This document shows positions 37,250 through 51,411 of a DNA stretch of 64,000 bases, piece after piece (within the stretch, counting starts at the first letter, position 1; each line of letters opens with the position of its first letter). The notes beneath the pieces are model-generated. The model saw only the letters and a list, made by a program, of their open reading frames with translations, was not told the origin of the DNA and did no database searches. The translations under genes and the position numbers were made by a program. Where the stretch lies: positions 51,274,001 to 51,338,000 of the forward strand of contig OX597815.1 in the NCBI GenBank assembly GCA_951406725.2, read 5' to 3'. Source of the DNA: Octopus vulgaris (Eukaryota).

Positions 37250-37620
37250 TGATGATGATGATGATGGTGATAACAATAATAATAGCCGTCATCGTTGTTG
37301 CTGCCTTCCTCTTCCTCCTCACCGCCGCCGCTGCCACCACCACCATTATTATTATTATTATTATTATTAATATTATTATTATTATCATCATCATCATCAT
37401 TATTATTATAGCAACAAAGTGACAGAGTCATTAGGACACAGGACAAAAATGCTTAGTGGCATTTCATCCTGTCTTTACATTTGATTTCAAATTCTGTCAT
37501 GGTTAGCTTTGTCTTTCATGCTTTCAGGCTCGATAAAATAAGTACCAGTCAAGTACTGAGGTTGATGTAATCAACTTCCCCTCCCATCAAAAACCACTGG
37601 TCCTGAGCCAAAATTTAAAA
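35584..37620 (+). mobile_element. cluster: SINE C, several SINE B copies, RTE 3' UTR remnant (36130-36695) and (AAT)n/(GAT)n tracts
   Basis: Family-diagnostic motifs repeated from other copies in the window. Confidence 0.7.
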
Positions 37621-38815
37621 CCACCACCACCACCACCACTACTACTATTACAACTACTGCTGGTGCAGCTATTTTCATTATCATTATCATCCTTAAGCTT
37701 GCATTTACTATTTTGTTATATTTACTATTGTTTTATTTTTGTTATTCGCTGTAATTTTTATGGTTGACATGATAATGATTACATTATTCTTATTGTTATT
37801 ATTCTTGAAGCTGTTGTTGCTATTATTAATGTCACTTATGCTGCTGGTATTGTCATCATCATCACTGTCATCATCATCATCATCATTTTCATTCTTACAA
37901 TTATTATTACCATCATTATTATTCCACATCAGTGAGTGGATAGATAGACTAAAGGCCACATCAATAAAAGACAATCCAAAAATTGTTCTGCATCATTTAA
38001 GAAGAAAAATGGACAAGTAAATAGAATAATACACAGTAGTTGTATTCTTCAGAATGGCTTTATAATAATTTCACCGTCGTCAGAAATACTTGCCTTAGAA
38101 ATCCACTTACAACTTGGAATCACCAATAGTAACTGCTCTTGCATAAGTAATATAGTCTTTCCACGGAAACTACACTGCTTTTCAATTTAGCCAATGTAAC
38201 ATACACAGACCATATAACTTAAATGATAATAGTTCAAATGCTTTTCAATAAAAACTAATCTTTTTGTATGGTTTTTGTCTCGCAAAATAGTAGATAAGGA
38301 GTGAAAAGGGTTTGAGTTTTTTTTTTTTTTTTGTGTATATTATATGTTTGTTTTATTTCTAATCTGGCAAAACTGGAAAACGATACTCAGATCAATGTTT
38401 TGGGTTGGGTTAATAGTATCACCAGCAAATTTTTGAAAAATTGATGTGTATTTATTTACTGACAAAACTGAGCCTAATTTACACAACATTCTTCCAGAGA
38501 CTAAAACTATTATCATTCAAATATTTAATTTACTAATGGTCAGTGGTTCATATCTTATCAAGAATATTCCAACATTTAATCTTCATCAGCTCAGTTCCTT
38601 TAGCTGTATGTAGGTACTACAAGAAGATGTATGTTTATATGCAAGTATGTATGCATATATGTACACATACACACACACATAGCACATCTATGCATTATAA
38701 TGATAAGCTGGTCTGAATGCTTGCAACTGAGACAATCTAAGATCACCAACTAAATATATAGAGACATAAGCTTTAGTGGCACTCATCACTAGTACAGAAT
38801 ATGGATAATTCAATT

Positions 38816-39020
38816 TTAACCCTTTAGCATTTAAACTGGCCATATCTAGTCCAAATATTCTACCTGTTTTATATTCAAACTGGCCAGATCTGGCTTCACA
38901 CCTAGCTTACAATATTATTCTAAAAATAAATATCACTGAAATTTCAAAGTTTCAAGATAATTCAAATTGATTTGAATAAATAAGCATTACACTTGACAGT
39001 AATCTGAATACTAAATGAGT
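38816..39020. mobile_element. piggyBac-like MITE (second family)
   Basis: TTAA-CCCTTTAGCATTTAAAC left end; degenerate right end ctgaatactaaatgagtaa. Confidence 0.5.
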
Positions 39021-39819
39021 AATACCAATTTTTTAAGGTATGAGGACAATTGCAAGCATGATCTTTAGATGTTGGGTCTTACAAAGGTGATGACAAGTGA
39101 TCGAGGCCTTTGACAATTTGCTCTGCTTGAGAAGACTCATCAAGCCAGTTGAAATTGTAATCATGGACAGTGCCAGTGCCGCGTAAAAGGCACCCACTAC
39201 ACTCTTGGAGTGGTTGGCTTTAGGAAGGGAATCCAACAATAGAAACTAAGATAAAATCAGACTGGAACCTGGTACAAACTGAAACCAGCATCAAAAATGG
39301 ATGCATGATGATGATGATGAAGTCCTTTGTAAATAACCTTTGATGATCAAAATGTCTTTCTTACAAGCAACTTCATGGCAAAACAATAACTACTGCCACC
39401 ACTGGTACCATAGCTGTCACTGCCACCATCACAACCACTACCATGATTGCTTGTATGTCTTCTTTCCCATTCTTGCATAGGTTGGACAGATCTTTTCCAA
39501 CACGACATCTCACTATTTGTTGTATTCCTCTCTCTATTATTTTGAGAGGAAGTTCATTATCCAGAAACCAGCTTTTACCACTTTTCTCCATGTCTTCTGT
39601 AGGCTTGCTCTTCCACTGTTTGCTTCCTCTTGGATCTCTTGGCAATTCTTTACCATCTGTTATTATCTACATATATTACATGTCCATACCAATGTAGTCG
39701 TCTCTCTTGCATACAACATCTGATTCCTCTTATACTTAGTTTATCCCTCAGCTCACCTGTACAACACCATTCATGACACTAACACCACACATTCAATAGA
39801 AATAAGACAAAAATATAAA

Positions 39820-39860
<41 letters not shown>

Positions 39861-40393
39861 CACACACATAATGAAAACAACTACCTATTAACATCATACT
39901 GAAATTCTGAATATGCTAAATTAAATTTAACCTCTGCTATTTTGGCTTCCAAATGTTACTTCAGACATTTAACAAACTGTTCTCTTTAAAAAGTATATGA
40001 GGGTATATACTTTGCTTTTGATTTTGTTGCCTCATGTCAAACAAGATTGATAAGATCTATGATCAAAGGTTCTTCAGATATATATGATTATCCAAAAGTT
40101 TTATGAGACACAATGCAATTAGAATGATGTTATTTGTCCTTCCCTTCTAAGAGAATATATTGTTGTATGAGCAAGATGAGGCTGTTATTTCTAGCAGGTT
40201 GAGCAACTGCATACACAAACATTCATTTGCTTCATAACATTAATCTTTTTACACAAGAGTTTATCCACCTTTCCTTGTTTCCTCCTTTTCCAGTGTTAAA
40301 TAAATAATATAAGCAAGCCATATTATTTAAAACAATAAGAGAGAACATGTAGAAATATCTACATGTGAATATGCTTATGTCGATCAAAGCCTC

Positions 40394-40425
<32 letters not shown>

Positions 40426-40959
40426 CCTCTATGTGTGTGCATGCATGCATGTGTGTGTGTTCGTGTCTGGGTCCATGTGTGTGTGGCACCAATATATGTG
40501 TGAATGGGAAACTATTGACAAACTTCATATTTGTATTTATACATAAATAAGACCATATTGCTGTATGAGCATCTAAACAAGAATGTACAGTTATTTAGAA
40601 TTTAAATACCACCAATGAAAGGAAGTAATAACACTACCTTTTGAATGTTCTCTTAACAGCAGAAGCATTAAATATATTTCTTTGAATCTTCTTTTGACAA
40701 ACTGTTTTACAAAAATTTGCCTTGGTGACCTACGTAGCAACCTACCAACTTTGATTTCACAGGTGACTTCTCTCTCTTTTACCAATCCCTACTTAAGAAG
40801 ACAGTAAAAGTTATTGTTATCAATATTATTGTTGTTGTTGACTTTAAAGTAGTGAAGAAGCATTTTTGCTTCAAGTAAATGGAGATGATGTAGCGTAGGG
40901 GAGGGGGATCAAAGAGAAGAGAAAGCTAAAAGGTTTACCATCAAAGAATGATAGATAGG

Positions 40960-41000
<41 letters not shown>

Positions 41001-41597
41001 GGAAAGTGAGAGAGAGAGAGAAACAGACAGTCAAACAACAACATAGTTTGAATGGTTGTCCCATTCCATGTTCGCAGTTTGAAGTATGTGGTTGATCTAT
41101 TTTGGCAGCAGGCTGTCATCAGCTGGTGTAAACACCAGGGGTGTCTTGCATCCAAAAGGCACAAAAGTAGAAAGAAAAAATCCAATACGAATATGGTATT
41201 TTACACAGTGGGTGCAGTCAAAAACTGAAGACACTGATAGAGAAAACAAAGAAAAACAAACACAAAAACTAAAGTAAAAAAAAATGGATTATAGATTACA
41301 TTTTGACTTTCTGTTTATACATGGAAAAACAAATCTCCTGAAACCCCAAGTCAATAACTATAGCACTTCTTTAACTACAGCACACATTACTACCACAAAC
41401 ATAACTGATATGATGAACAGTAGTTTTACTTCAATAAACAGGTTGTGGAATCTTGTTTTGATATTTTTTCTTGGTTTCTGAGTCACTGAGTTGAATTTTT
41501 CTGCACATGGAGATGCAATATAACATGTATTTATTTCTATGTAATAAAACACAAAGCTGTAGTTGCACACAACACACACACAGTTGTGTGTGGAGTT

Positions 41598-41636
<39 letters not shown>

Positions 41637-41826
41637 GTATGTATGTACATATGTATGTATGTGTGAGTGTATTTATGTATATGCATACAGAGCAAGAGAG
41701 AGTTTCAATAAATGATTTGTTATATTTGAACCGAGCAGAGGGAAGTTGGATGTAAACAGTCATGTATTTTTGCAAGGGTTCTATATATATATATATACAT
41801 ATACACACACACAAACACACACATAC

Positions 41827-41903
<77 letters not shown>

Positions 41904-42413
41904 CAGACATATATGTACAAGAAAGTATACATCAAATATGCTATCTCATCATCATCCTTATGAAGGTGCATGGCCGAGTAGTTGAGGTGATACGTTTCAC
42001 AATCATAATGTTGTGGGTTCACCTCCTATGTCGGTATGGGCTGAACAAGTCATCATAGTCCAAATGATTTCTAATTGAGAGTCACTTTGAGAGTCACTGC
42101 TCACATAGACTGGTTCTCATACAAGTCATTTTGGCCTGATTTATATAATGCCTTTCCTATCACCAACCACTTTACAGAGTGTACAGGATGTATTTACTCA
42201 TGGTACCAGCATGAGAGAAACTGATAAGCTCTCAGTGAGTTAAGACTAAAGAGATCTCTCAACCCTATGTTTTCTCTACACATTTGCCATCCATTTTACA
42301 GTTCATTTTTCATTGCAACAGTATTAGAGAGATTGTCAAATCCTTATTGAGACAAGTGCAAAGGGTCTTCTCAACCCTACTCATCATCTGCTCACTCACC
42401 AATCACTCTAGAT

Positions 42414-42768
42414 CAGTGGTTCTCAACCATTTTTTAATCTATATACTTCTTTGAATACTATTTTATTCTGGTAGACCCACATAGCCATTCAATGTTTAAA
42501 AGCTAGTTTTATAGATACTTTTCTTGAAATTCCTATTTTGTTTTTTACACATTCACCTGCATAGGTGTGCAAAAGTACTCTCTGAGGGAACATATTTCAG
42601 TTGTCAGAAACATGTTAAACCTTGTAAAACAACAGAGAAAGAAACCTAGCTGTTTCTTGCAATAGATCCCTTTTCATGGACCTTTAAAATACTACTGTAG
42701 ACCCCCAATTTCCTATTTTGCTTTCATGGACCCCTAGGCTCTATACGGACACCAGCTGAGAACCACAG
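42414..42768. mobile_element. hAT (Charlie-like) MITE
   Basis: TIRs CAGTGGTTCTCAACC / agctgAGAACCACAG; no clear 8-bp TSD. Confidence 0.65.
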
Positions 42769-43334
42769 AAAATGTGCAGAGGAGGGTTTTTTCACTGTGC
42801 ATGAGTAGAGAAGGTGTGTTGCTTGTATTACTTATTTACTCTATATGTATGTACAGACATAGTTGTTCTTATGGTATCTATCAGACAATAATTTAGTTAT
42901 GAATCTCAGATGAAGAAAACAATTACATTTGAAAATTGTTATATTGCACTTTATTGAATAAATTTGTGTGAAACACATACATGCACACAAATGTTTACAC
43001 GTATGTGTGTTTGCTATTCCCACATATATGAAAGAATATACTTATTGTTTACTAGATTTACAAACTAAAGTAAACACATAAAGTAAGTTTATTAATTATG
43101 GCATTTTTATTTTTTTATTGTCATGAATTGCTTTCTGAATAAGTTTTTGATATCAAATTAGAATTTGGGATGAAGTTTTCAGCAAATAGCTTTTTTTTTT
43201 TTGTTTTTTTTTTCTTTCTTTTTTGTCATTATGACTCTATTAAATATACTTGTCTTAATTTTAAGCAATGAAATTATGTTATTATTAGCTATTGAAACCT
43301 CTGCTTGCTTGAATTTTTTTTTTAACTATAGACA

Positions 43335-43755
43335 TAGGCATGGCTATGTGGTAAGAAGCTTGCTTTCCAACCACATGGTTCTTGGTTCAGTCTCACTGCA
43401 TGGCACCTTGGGCAAGAGTCTTCTACTATAGCCTCGGGTTATCTAAAGCCTTGTGAGTGGATTTGGTAGACAGAAACTGAATGAAGCCCATCATAGATAT
43501 ATATAAGTGTGTGTGTGTGAGTGTCTCTTTGTATCTATGCTTGACTCTCACCACTGTTTGACAACCAGTGTTGGTGTGGTTACATCCCCATAACAGCAAT
43601 TTGGCAAAATGAGACCAAGAGAATAAGTACCAGGCTTAACAAAAATACAAAAAAAAATGTATTGGAGCCAATTCATTCAACTAAAAAATATTCTTCAAGG
43701 TAATGCCCCAGCATGACCACAGTCTAATGATGGAAACAAGTAAAAAATAAAAAAA
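43335..43755 (+). mobile_element. SINE family A, full length
   Basis: ggcatggctatgtggtaagaagcttgc ... gaaacaagtaaaaaataaaa. Confidence 0.9.
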
Positions 43756-43994
43756 AGAGCATATGGATCTTTGGAATTTTATTTTGGTCTAAACAATTAA
43801 CAGTTTATAATATTCTGTGACTTTGTACCTCACAATTTTCCAGATGAAAATATTTTACCACCACAACTTCAGTCAATCACATTGCAATAGGGAAGATAAA
43901 AATGGCTTTTTGATTCTCTGTTACCATGCCAAAAATCCCAGTACATCATTTGTGAACCTATTTTCTGTACTAGGTACACAGTCATTAAATAATA

Positions 43995-45302
43995 CGAGGG
44001 TGGGCTGAAAAGTTCAAGGGCTTACTATGAAGGAGTAACACTAGAGCTGTGGAATTTTGTATCCATTAAAATTCAAATCTTTTAATTAACAACTGCATTG
44101 TTTCTGTTCAAGTAAACTGACATCTGACTGTTCAAAAAACACTTCAAAAGTAACTGGTAGTGACTTTTCGAGAAAATCAACAAAAGCAGGCATCATGGTG
44201 TTATCAAGTTCCTGAAGAAAATGGTTTAGCCCCCAAGGACATTCATGCTGATATCCTTGCTGCATAAGGGGATGACACTCCTACTTTATCAACAGTGCAA
44301 AAATTGGACAGTTGAATTTAGGAGGGGAACAGAGAGTCTTGAAAATTACCCAAAGTCTGGGTATCCTGCAACTGCCACCACTAAGGAAAACATTGGTCAT
44401 GTTCACCACATGCTGATGGATGATAGGCAATTGGTTATAAATCAAATAGCCAATGCTATTAGATATATTCCATGAGAGAGTTGAGAATATTCTGCACAAT
44501 AAACTTGGTTTGATAAAGGTTTCTGTTTGATGGGTGCCATGTCTTCTCACACCACGCTGATCACATCAGTGGAAAATCTGATATTGTTTGAGGCAGATCC
44601 AACTGGTTTCCATGAATATTTCCTAACCTAAGATGAGTGTTGGCTTCATCACTTTGAGCCAGAGACAAAGAGATAATCCCTGCAGTGGAAACATTCCTCC
44701 TCACATGCTCCAAAGAAGGCCATGGTCATTTCATCAGCAGGGAAGGTGAAGGCCTTAGCTTTTTAGGATGCAAAAGGCATTGTGTTTATTGACTGTCTTC
44801 AACAGGGCCACATCATCAATGGAGAGTACTATACCAACTTGCTGAGGCAGTTACAAAAGGGTATCAAGATGAAATGCTCAGGAGAACTAACCAAAGGGAC
44901 CTTGTTTCATCAGGATAATGCTCCAGTACACAAGGCCTTGGTCTCAATAGCTACTGTGCATGACTGTGGCTTTGAACAGGTTGATTCTCCCACCCCTATT
45001 CTCTTGAGTTGTATCCATCTGACTATCATCTGTTCCCCAACATGAAAAAAAACTTGGTTGAGAACCAGTATTGCAATGATGATAATTTCATATCTGTTGT
45101 TCTTTTATTTGTTTCAGTCATTTGACTGCAGTCATACTGGAGCACTGCCTTTTAGTCAAATAAATCAACTCCAGGACTTATTCTTTGTAAGAATGGTACT
45201 TATACTATTGGTCATTTTTGCCGAACCACTAAGTTACAGGGATGTAAACATAACAGCATCAGTTGTCAAGCGATGGTGGGGGAGATAAACACAGACACAA
45301 AG

Positions 45303-45362
<60 letters not shown>

Positions 45363-45680
45363 GACAGGTTTATTTTCAGTTTCCATCTACCAAATCCACT
45401 CACAAGGCTTTGGTCAACCTAAGGCTATAGCAGATAACACTTACCCAAGGTTCCACACAGTGGATCTGAACCCAGAACCATGTGGTTGGGAAGCAAGCTT
45501 CTCACCACACAGCCACACCTCAGTTTTTTGACCAACAGGATGAAGGCTTCTTCACCAATGGGATCCAAGCACTACAACACTGGTGGAAGAAGTGTGTGGA
45601 TCACAAGGGAGACTATGTTGAAAAATAAACTTCTTTTACTCACATTCCATGAGTGTATCTTGGTCAGTGACCCTCATGTA
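43995..45680 (+). mobile_element. mariner (DD34D) transposon, decayed, with SINE A inserted at about 45100-45520
   Basis: TA-CGAGGGTGGGCTGAAAAGTTC left TIR; WVPCLL, DECWLHHFEPE, HQDNAPVH, PSDYHLFP, C-terminal WKKCVDHKGDYVEK-stop after the SINE; many stops. Confidence 0.9.
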
Positions 45681-47927
45681 TGTGTGTGTGTACACATGCA
45701 TTCGCATGCACACATACGTGTATACCCTAGTGTGTCAGTAATGGGAAGCTAGTAAGTAGTAGGTTTAGGGTTTTACAGTTCAAAACATGATGCAGTCTAT
45801 TCACACATTCATATGTTGTTTATAATTGAGTATGCATATTAAAAGGGCCATCTAAACAGTAACTTTTTAGATACTACAGTGCAAGCTTATGGATCTCATA
45901 AAAGAAACCAAGAAGGGATTTTAGAAGTCGAGCTAATTTTTGTGTCATAACCCATGCTAGCATGGAAAACGGATGCTAAACGATGATGATGATGATGTTC
46001 ATTCCCTTCCCACTAGTATTGCGAACATCCTGTTTTCATTTTCCCTTTCACATAAGTTCTCTTCATCCCCTGTTCTCTACCTTTTCTGCTCCCTTCTACT
46101 CTCTTTTTCTCTCCACCCCCACATATTCTTTTTCCTCTCTTTCCCACACAATCTCTCTCTCCTTTCTTCCCTTTTACTCTTATTACAACCCAAATGCTGT
46201 TTCTTCTTCCAGTCCTTCTGTTGCACTTCTCAACTTCGTTTTTCACTAGGCCTGCCATGTGAATACATGTCTTAAATTTTACAACAGTTTATTTTCTTCT
46301 CTATGATAAGAGGCTTTCATCTGAAAAATAAGATTATCTTTTGTTTCTTCCTTGTCATATTTATATTTATTTATTTTCATTATACACTTCTGCCATTGCT
46401 TTTGTTTTCTTGGTTTATATTACTTAATTTTTCAGTAACATGTTTCGCTTGTCTCACTCCATGTACTATCTGCATAATTTTTATCTATCTGTCAGTATGT
46501 GTGTGTATATAAAACCACATTATGCTATGTCCTCCTCACTCTCTCTCTCTCTGTCATAGCATAATGTGATAAGAGATTTACAGAATTAAAAATACACTTG
46601 TAGAGATGAGAAAAAAATCATTATCTATGATTAATTTTTGTCAAGAAAAACATAGAAAACAACCATGTGATTTAAATTAATAAAAAAATTATTAATAGTT
46701 TATGTCATTTATAGATATTTTGGTTTATAGTTATTTTGTCTGTTTAATATTTATAAAAACTTTCGCCAAAAACCAAAATTAGAATACATAGGATCAAAAT
46801 ATGCAGAAAAAAAAAAAAGAATATATGTAAAGATTTTACTGTATATCACATGTGGGTCTTTATTTTTGAGGGAAAGATAAAGAAATTGAGAGGAGAGGAG
46901 AGAAAGAGTAAAGTAAGAAATTAAGGCTTAGGTGTATATATATTTTTTATATTTTCTGTTTCCACAAAGCTACAAAATGAAACCCTCACTTAGATTTACT
47001 TAAAAGAAGAGTGTTGTTGATGCAAGTAGTTTAGTGACACTCCCTAACAGATATATAAACTGTTTTGTAAACATTTCAGCTTGTTGCAATATCCAAGTAG
47101 ATGGCAATGTATTCATCTGTGATATTGATTTAATATTCACTATTTCAACAACTCTCAATGTTTTCTTACTGGGTATTATGCAGCTCTATCACTTTCTGTC
47201 TTACTAAAGTGAGAAATTCCAAAGTTGCTGCTTGGCATATGATTGCACCAGTACAAGAGGGCTTTTAGGTTCTTGGTTAAATGAGATTTTTGCATTTGAC
47301 AGTAAGAAATAATTTGATATTTTCAATTGAGAGGCTCTCAACCATAAACAAAATGATTATCATATAGACTGCTATGTGGCTCCAGGTAATGCTTAAAATG
47401 CACACCACACATAATAGATTCATACTATATGTATATATATATATATATTTATACATACATACATACATTATATATGTGTGTGTGTTTGTGTGTGTATTAA
47501 TATGTATGTAGAGTATGTGATATGGAAGGAGCTGCAGCAGTATACTTTTGACACACAATGTCCCCTAAGATTTAATGGCAGCAGTGTCCAAGAATTCTAA
47601 GCATCTCAGAAATTAAATCAAACATAACCTATGTATTTTATGGTTGTATGTTTGTAGTAGATGCACAGACACTTGTGTATTTCTTTGACATATCAATATA
47701 TTTGGTTGTATTAGTATTTACGAAAACCTTATAGAATTCTTTAAGTTTGGGTCATTTTTTGGAAAACAGCCAATAAACTTTGGAGACAACAAATGTTCTT
47801 GCCATCATTTATTCTTCTACTTCAAAGATCTAGCTTACAATTCATAACTATGACCTTTAAGTAAATTTGAACATCTTTAATAATTATCAATAAAAATAAA
47901 CATCATTTTTTTATGATGCCACAAACA

Positions 47928-47988
47928 TTACGTACGTACGTACGTACGTACGTACGTACATACATACATACATACATACATACATACA

Positions 47989-48017
<29 letters not shown>
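47928..48017. repeat. (TACG)n-(TACA)n compound microsatellite
   Basis: Direct reading. Confidence 0.95.
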
Positions 48018-48019
<2 letters not shown>

Positions 48020-48779
48020 GTGCCACTAGTTCATAACTTAAGTTGAAACTGAATGAAATATAGAAGATAATAAACAATTTATTTGTACCATATTATTATA
48101 TATATTGCACATTAAGAGAAAATGCAATTATATTATATAAATTAAAGCAGAGTTATAAGAAACAAAAAGAAAATGTGATATTACGTTAGATGTTACAATA
48201 AATAAAACCACTAGCACACTTAATGTAGCAAGCATGATAACTTTAATTACTCAAGACTATACCTGTATTGAAGGCAAATAAATGTTACTGAAATCAATGC
48301 AAGCGCAACAACTATAAATCTAAACAATATCCTTCTATATTGGGTTTATATACACATAAATGAGTTTATGTGCCACAATCTTGATGACTTAAAATTAGAA
48401 ATAAGCAATGCATGAGAAGAGTAGTCAGATCTTTGGTAGATATGTGGAGGAAATCTTCAGGCATGTTTCAGTCTTATTAGACCTCTTCTACAAAGCATAG
48501 TCATTCACATTTTAGCCAACACTGACAAAGAGAATATCATATGCAGAGTAATTAAAAAGTCCCTTCAGTATTCAAAAGATATATATATATATATATTTTT
48601 TTTTTGTAACAATTTTGTTTTTATACATTTTAATAATATCTCTGGTATCCTGCCATGAATGAATGAATGCATGCATACATACATATTTACATACAAAACT
48701 ATGCATGCCTAAAATGTTACATTCATATCTACCTCTTATATAACAAGCCATAGAACTTAAATGTAAATAAATTCTACAT

Positions 48780-49992
48780 TAACAGATTCCATCACACTCC
48801 AGGGGAAGAAAATAGAAGTAGTTGATAGTTTCCGCTACCTGGGTGACCAAGTTAGTAGTGGAGGTGGATGCTCAGAGAGTGTCACCACTAGAATACGAAT
48901 AGCCTGGACAAAGTTCAGAAAGCTCCTACCCCTACTGGCGACAAAGGGTCTCTCACTCAAAGTGAAAGGTAGATTGTATGACGCATGTGTGCGAACTGCC
49001 ATGCTTCACGGTAATGAAACATGGGCTGTGACTGCAGAGGACATGCGTAGACTTGAAAGGAATGAAGCTAGCATGATCGGCTGGATGTGTAAAGTCAGTG
49101 TGCGCGCACAACAGAGGGTAAGCACCCTGAGAGAAATGCTGGACATAAGAAGCATCAGATGTGGTGTGCAAGAGCGACGCTTGCGATGGTATGGTCATGT
49201 ACTGCGGATGGATGAGGAGAGATGTGTGAAGAAGTGCCACTACCAAACAGTTGAAGGTATCAGGGGGAGAGGTAGACCCAGGAAGACATGGGATGAGGTA
49301 GTCAAGCATGACCTCAGAGCGTTGGGCCTCACTGAGGCAATGGCGAAGGACCGAGATCTCTGGAGATATGCTGTGACTGCAAAGACCGGGGCTGCTTCCT
49401 GCACCAGTTCCGCATAGCCCCTGCCCATTCAAAGTACCTTGGATTCCAGAACATCCTGCTGTGCTTGAGGAGACCTATTGAGTCAAGTACATGAACATCG
49501 AAATAAATATCAATGGAAATAGTAGTTGTGATACCTGTGCCGGTGGCACATAAAAAACACCATCCGAACGTGGCCATTGCCAGCGCCGCCTCGACTGGCT
49601 TCTGTGCCGGTGGAACATAAAAAGCACCATCCGAACGTGGCCGATGCCAGCGCCGCCTCGACTGGCTCCAGTGCCGGTGGCACATAAAAAGCACCATCCG
49701 AATGTGGCCGATGCCAGCGCCGCCTTGGCTGGCTTCCGTGCCGGTGGCACGTTAAAAGCACCAACCGATCGTGGCCGATGCCGGACTCCCCTGGCACCTG
49801 TGCAGGTGGCATGTAAAAAGCACCCACTACACTCGCGGAGTGGTTGGCGTTAGGAAGGGCATCCAGCTGTAGAAACTCTGCCAGATCAGACTGGAGCCTG
49901 GTGCAGCCCCTGGCTCCCCAGACCCCGGTCTAACCGTCCAACACGTGCTAGCGCGGAAAATGGACGTTAAATGATGATGATGATGATGATGA
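48780..49992 (+). mobile_element. young 5'-truncated RTE LINE: ORF C-terminus, 3' UTR and (GAT)n tail
   Basis: EVVDSFRYLGD..RIRIAWTKFRKLLPLL..KGRLYDACVRTAMLHGNETW..RRLRWYGHVLRM..GRGRPRKTW in an open frame to 49417; CpGs retained. Confidence 0.92.
49535..49825 (+). repeat. 67-bp tandem repeat (about 4.3 units) in the RTE 3' UTR
   Basis: gtgccggtgg starts at 49537, 49604, 49671 and 49738, with a variant near 49800. Confidence 0.9.
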
Positions 49993-51267
49993 TATGTTTC
50001 TCAAAAATAACTGGGACACTGTTTCACCTTCAATGTGCATCATTCTCAGTTGCATTTAATGTTATTGAATGCATGGGTTGTAGATATATGTATGTTTGTC
50101 CACACAGACACACACATGTATGACGCATGTGTGCGAACTGCCATGCTTCACGGTAATGAAACATTTTTTCCGTCGCGCAGTGCCGGCCTCCTGTCGGGGG
50201 CCGCTGCCTCTTTCCTTTTTTTTTTTTTTTTTTTTTTTTTACAAACACATACAACAAGCTTCTTGCAGTTTCGTTCTACCGATTCCATTCACTAGCCATT
50301 GGTTGGCCTAAGGCTACAGCAGAAGACACTTGCCCAGAATGTCTAGCAGGATTGAACCAGAAACAATGCCTGCATCATGCATGCACTTCACCAACCATAG
50401 TCATTTAGTTCAACACTACTAATTATGTTATTCCAGCTATGCTTTCACACATACACACATACACATTTTCTTACAAATCAATTCTTAGTGACAACTAGCT
50501 TATATGTAGTAGATACATATGACAAAAAATAAAAAATAGAAAAAAAACACAATTGATTTCAACACTTAATGAAAATCACAAAATTTTCATAAAGAAAAAG
50601 GTATATTATATTCCATTATTATTGTCAAAAAGACAAGTATTTGTGATAGAAAGATGAAGATAAGAACATAAGGAAAAGAAGTAGAAATTGATGGAATAGA
50701 GAAAGCAAATATGGTTAAAAGAGAAAAAGAAGGAAGCAAGATGATGCAATTTGTTTTGATGGTAAAATTGAATTGATTGTTGCTAAAGAGCTCTTTAGTG
50801 AAAAAGGAGACAAATATGACAGTTAATAGAATCATTGAAAAGACTCAAAGGAATGACTTTTTTTATTATTATTATTGGATATAGAAGAGTATATTTAACT
50901 TTATCAATTACAATTAATTAATTTGGCACCATTTTCTTGATGTCTATAAATCTATAGACCATTTGAGTACAAGTTAAATACTATATTGATATCTTCTGCG
51001 TATCACAATGTTCAAACACTTATAAGTTCTGTATATACAATCTGGTTGTAGTTCTGTGTCTGGTGATGTGAAGACCAGTCTATTCATGTAATATGACAAG
51101 AGTTATTAGTAAACTTAAAAGGCATCCAGTGCATGCTGTGAAAGAGTTACCCAAGGGAGAGTATCAAGCCATTATAAGCCTTGTCAAAATGATAAGAAGA
51201 AATGGAGAAATAAATTCCACATGTGACAGTGAAAACAACTATCTGGAAGAGCAGTAATTCTGAATAA

Positions 51268-51305
<38 letters not shown>

Positions 51306-51411
51306 GAGTGGAGATACTTTGCTCCTAAACCTTATTAATGCTGGTAGAATAATAATATGCACCCAGTTCATGGTGGTATAGTGGCCATCAAAAGAAAAAG
51401 TATGTATATGT

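Noticed and set aside
49535-49825. CRISPR-like periodic array
   Set aside because: Units repeat in full with no unique spacers, no cas genes, eukaryotic LINE 3' UTR context
51093-51257. 54-aa plus-strand ORF MTRVISKLKRHPV...
   Set aside because: Short, no homology or expression signals recognisable
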